The translations under genes were made by a program, and so were the position numbers. 60,369 nt of DNA. It comes from Gammaproteobacteria bacterium. GTDB taxonomy: Bacteria > Pseudomonadota > Gammaproteobacteria > Steroidobacterales > UBA11654. This document shows, one piece after another, positions 58,924 through 60,369 of this stretch. The notes under the pieces were generated by a model, which saw only the letters and a program-made list of their open reading frames with translations, was not told where the DNA came from and did no database searches. Every line of letters starts with the position of its first letter. Within the stretch, counting starts at the first letter, position 1. The DNA is taken from positions 1 to 60,369 of the forward strand of contig JAQWSZ010000009.1 in the NCBI GenBank assembly GCA_029242945.1, given 5' to 3'.

Positions 58924-59637
58924 ATGAATAACCAAAAGTCTAAAATTGCTGTTTTTGGAGCTAATGGAGCTATAGGACATGCTTTTATAAAATACTATAG
59001 TAATTCAATGGTTTACGGTATGAGTCGTAAAAAGCCGGATGTCAATATTGAAGGCATAAAAAGTATTATTATTGAGAAGTACGATGATGAGAATTTATCA
59101 AGAATAGCTGATAAATTTAAGAATGACTCATTAGATAAGATTATTATTTCTATTGGTATGCTCCATAATGATAGTTTGGATCCTGAAAAACGGATAGATG
59201 ATTTAACAACAGACCAATTCAATGAAATTATGCATTCAAATGCAGTGATCCCCTCTCTGATTGTTAAACATTTTCATAAAAAAATGAAGAAAGAGTATCC
59301 ATCTATTATTGCTATCTTGTCAGCTAGAGTGGGAAGTATATCTGATAATCGTTCAGGTGGATGGTACTCATATCGAGCTTCTAAGGCAGCACTGAACATG
59401 ATTATTAAAAATATGAGCATTGAGCTAGGAAGATTAAATAAGAATCTTATAGTTATTGGTTTGCATCCAGGAACCGTTGATAGCGCTCTAACCAAACCTT
59501 TTCAGAAAAGTATACAAAGCTCGAAATTATTTTCTCCAGATTATTCAGTATCTAAATTGTCATCAGTTATTAATTCTTTAGTAGTAAGCAATAGTGGTAA
59601 ATGTTATGCATGGGATGGAATGGAAATATTTCCATAG
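58924..59637 (+). CDS. SDR oxidoreductase, CsgA/C-factor-like
   Basis: GANGAIG, SARVGSISDN..GGWYSYRASKAALN, LHPGTVD. Confidence 0.9.
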   Translation: MNNQKSKIAVFGANGAIGHAFIKYYSNSMVYGMSRKKPDVNIEGIKSIIIEKYDDENLSRIADKFKNDSLDKIIISIGMLHNDSLDPEKRIDDLTTDQFNEIMHSNAVIPSLIVKHFHKKMKKEYPSIIAILSARVGSISDNRSGGWYSYRASKAALNMIIKNMSIELGRLNKNLIVIGLHPGTVDSALTKPFQKSIQSSKLFSPDYSVSKLSSVINSLVVSNSGKCYAWDGMEIFP

Positions 59638-59764
59638 TAATTTAGATTAAGTACTTCAATCCATTAGAAAGTCTGTTAATTTGTTTATTTAAGGTTGGCT
59701 TGCTAGTCTTTACTGCATGAAAGAATATTATTCTTTCAGAATTTAATTATTGATGGGAGAGAGA

Positions 59765-60369
59765 ATGGATTTTCAACTTAATGAAATCTCATTAATTATA
59801 AATAATAAAAAATTAGAGTATGAACTTCCATATCTATGGATTAGAGATAACTGTCATTGCAATGATTGCAGAATAGGGGAAACACTTGAAAAGAGGTTTA
59901 TGCTTAATTCTGTTCCTGTAGATTTAAAACCCAAAAGCGTAGATATAGATGAAAATGATATTAATATACGTTGGCCTGATGACCATGAAACAACCATAAG
60001 CTTGAAGGACATAAAATCTTTAAAAAAACCTAGGAAGCCTGAAAAAGAATTTTGGACTAAAAACTTCATCCCAAAATATTACGATTGGGATGACTTTCTT
60101 GAGAATAATGACATTGCTATTAGTGCTATTTCTGAGTTTATTATCAAAGGAGCAATATGCATTAAAAATGCTCCATGCATTCCAAATTCATTAGAAGATC
60201 TTGCTCCAAGACTAGGTCCTATAAGAGAGGTATTGTTTGAGCGTATTCATAATGTTCCTATGGATGGTCATATATATAATATTGCACACACATCATTAGA
60301 AGTTCCACCTCATAATGACTTTGCCAGTTATTCATGGCCACCGAGTGTTCAGGCTCTTCATATGCTAAT
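59765..60369 (+). CDS. TauD/TfdA-family 2OG-Fe(II) dioxygenase, gamma-butyrobetaine hydroxylase-like (3'-truncated)
   Basis: Absent from the ORF track because it has no stop in the window. GGGAGA RBS, MDFQLNEI..., WIRDNCHCNDC and WPDDH (GBBH N-terminal Zn domain), NIAHT...PHNDF (HxD). Confidence 0.85.
   Translation, partial: MDFQLNEISLIINNKKLEYELPYLWIRDNCHCNDCRIGETLEKRFMLNSVPVDLKPKSVDIDENDINIRWPDDHETTISLKDIKSLKKPRKPEKEFWTKNFIPKYYDWDDFLENNDIAISAISEFIIKGAICIKNAPCIPNSLEDLAPRLGPIREVLFERIHNVPMDGHIYNIAHTSLEVPPHNDFASYSWPPSVQALHML

Noticed and set aside
2811-60069. Many 60-130 aa ORFs antisense to or nested in long genes (e.g. 2811, 4090, 5342, 20073, 25826, 35698, 43905, 47371, 56519, 59854)
   Set aside because: They lie within well-supported genes and have no motifs; they are shadow ORFs.
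1-60369. CRISPR array, prophage, IS element, tRNA/rRNA or defence system
   Set aside because: No repeat-spacer periodicity, integrase/transposase motifs or structural RNA signatures were seen by eye.

Overview
AT-rich, tightly packed bacterial chromosome segment, most likely from a streamlined aquatic Gammaproteobacterium (inferred from recA-recX-alaS, glnS, cysB and the TonB receptors). I found no tRNA, rRNA, CRISPR, integrase or transposase. Contents: (i) a TPP riboswitch ahead of a thiamine salvage unit (TonB receptor, PnuC/PnuT, kinase) that runs directly into metY-hydrolase-metA; (ii) a TonB receptor with cyclic amidohydrolase, FAD oxidoreductase and an atypical GHHTG hydrolase; (iii) moeA divergent from a Tat-exported type II DMSO-reductase-family Mo enzyme (alpha, chaperone, beta). 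The usual heme-b gamma subunit gene is absent from the cluster, which continues with an MFS transporter fused to a C-terminal c-type cytochrome, then a second MFS, an isochorismatase-family amidase and a PuuE-like hydrolase. This is the best candidate for an undescribed system; (iv) crtY-crtI-crtB/crtZ (zeaxanthin); (v) PQQ dehydrogenases and exported hydrolases, plus a 26-codon gene relic; (vi) cysK, a MetX-type probable serine acyltransferase and cysB, with a 14-bp element shared by the cysK and cysB upstream regions; (vii) recA-recX-alaS, a CsgA-like SDR and a partial gamma-butyrobetaine-hydroxylase-like dioxygenase. All calls come from motif recognition by eye; no database search was run.
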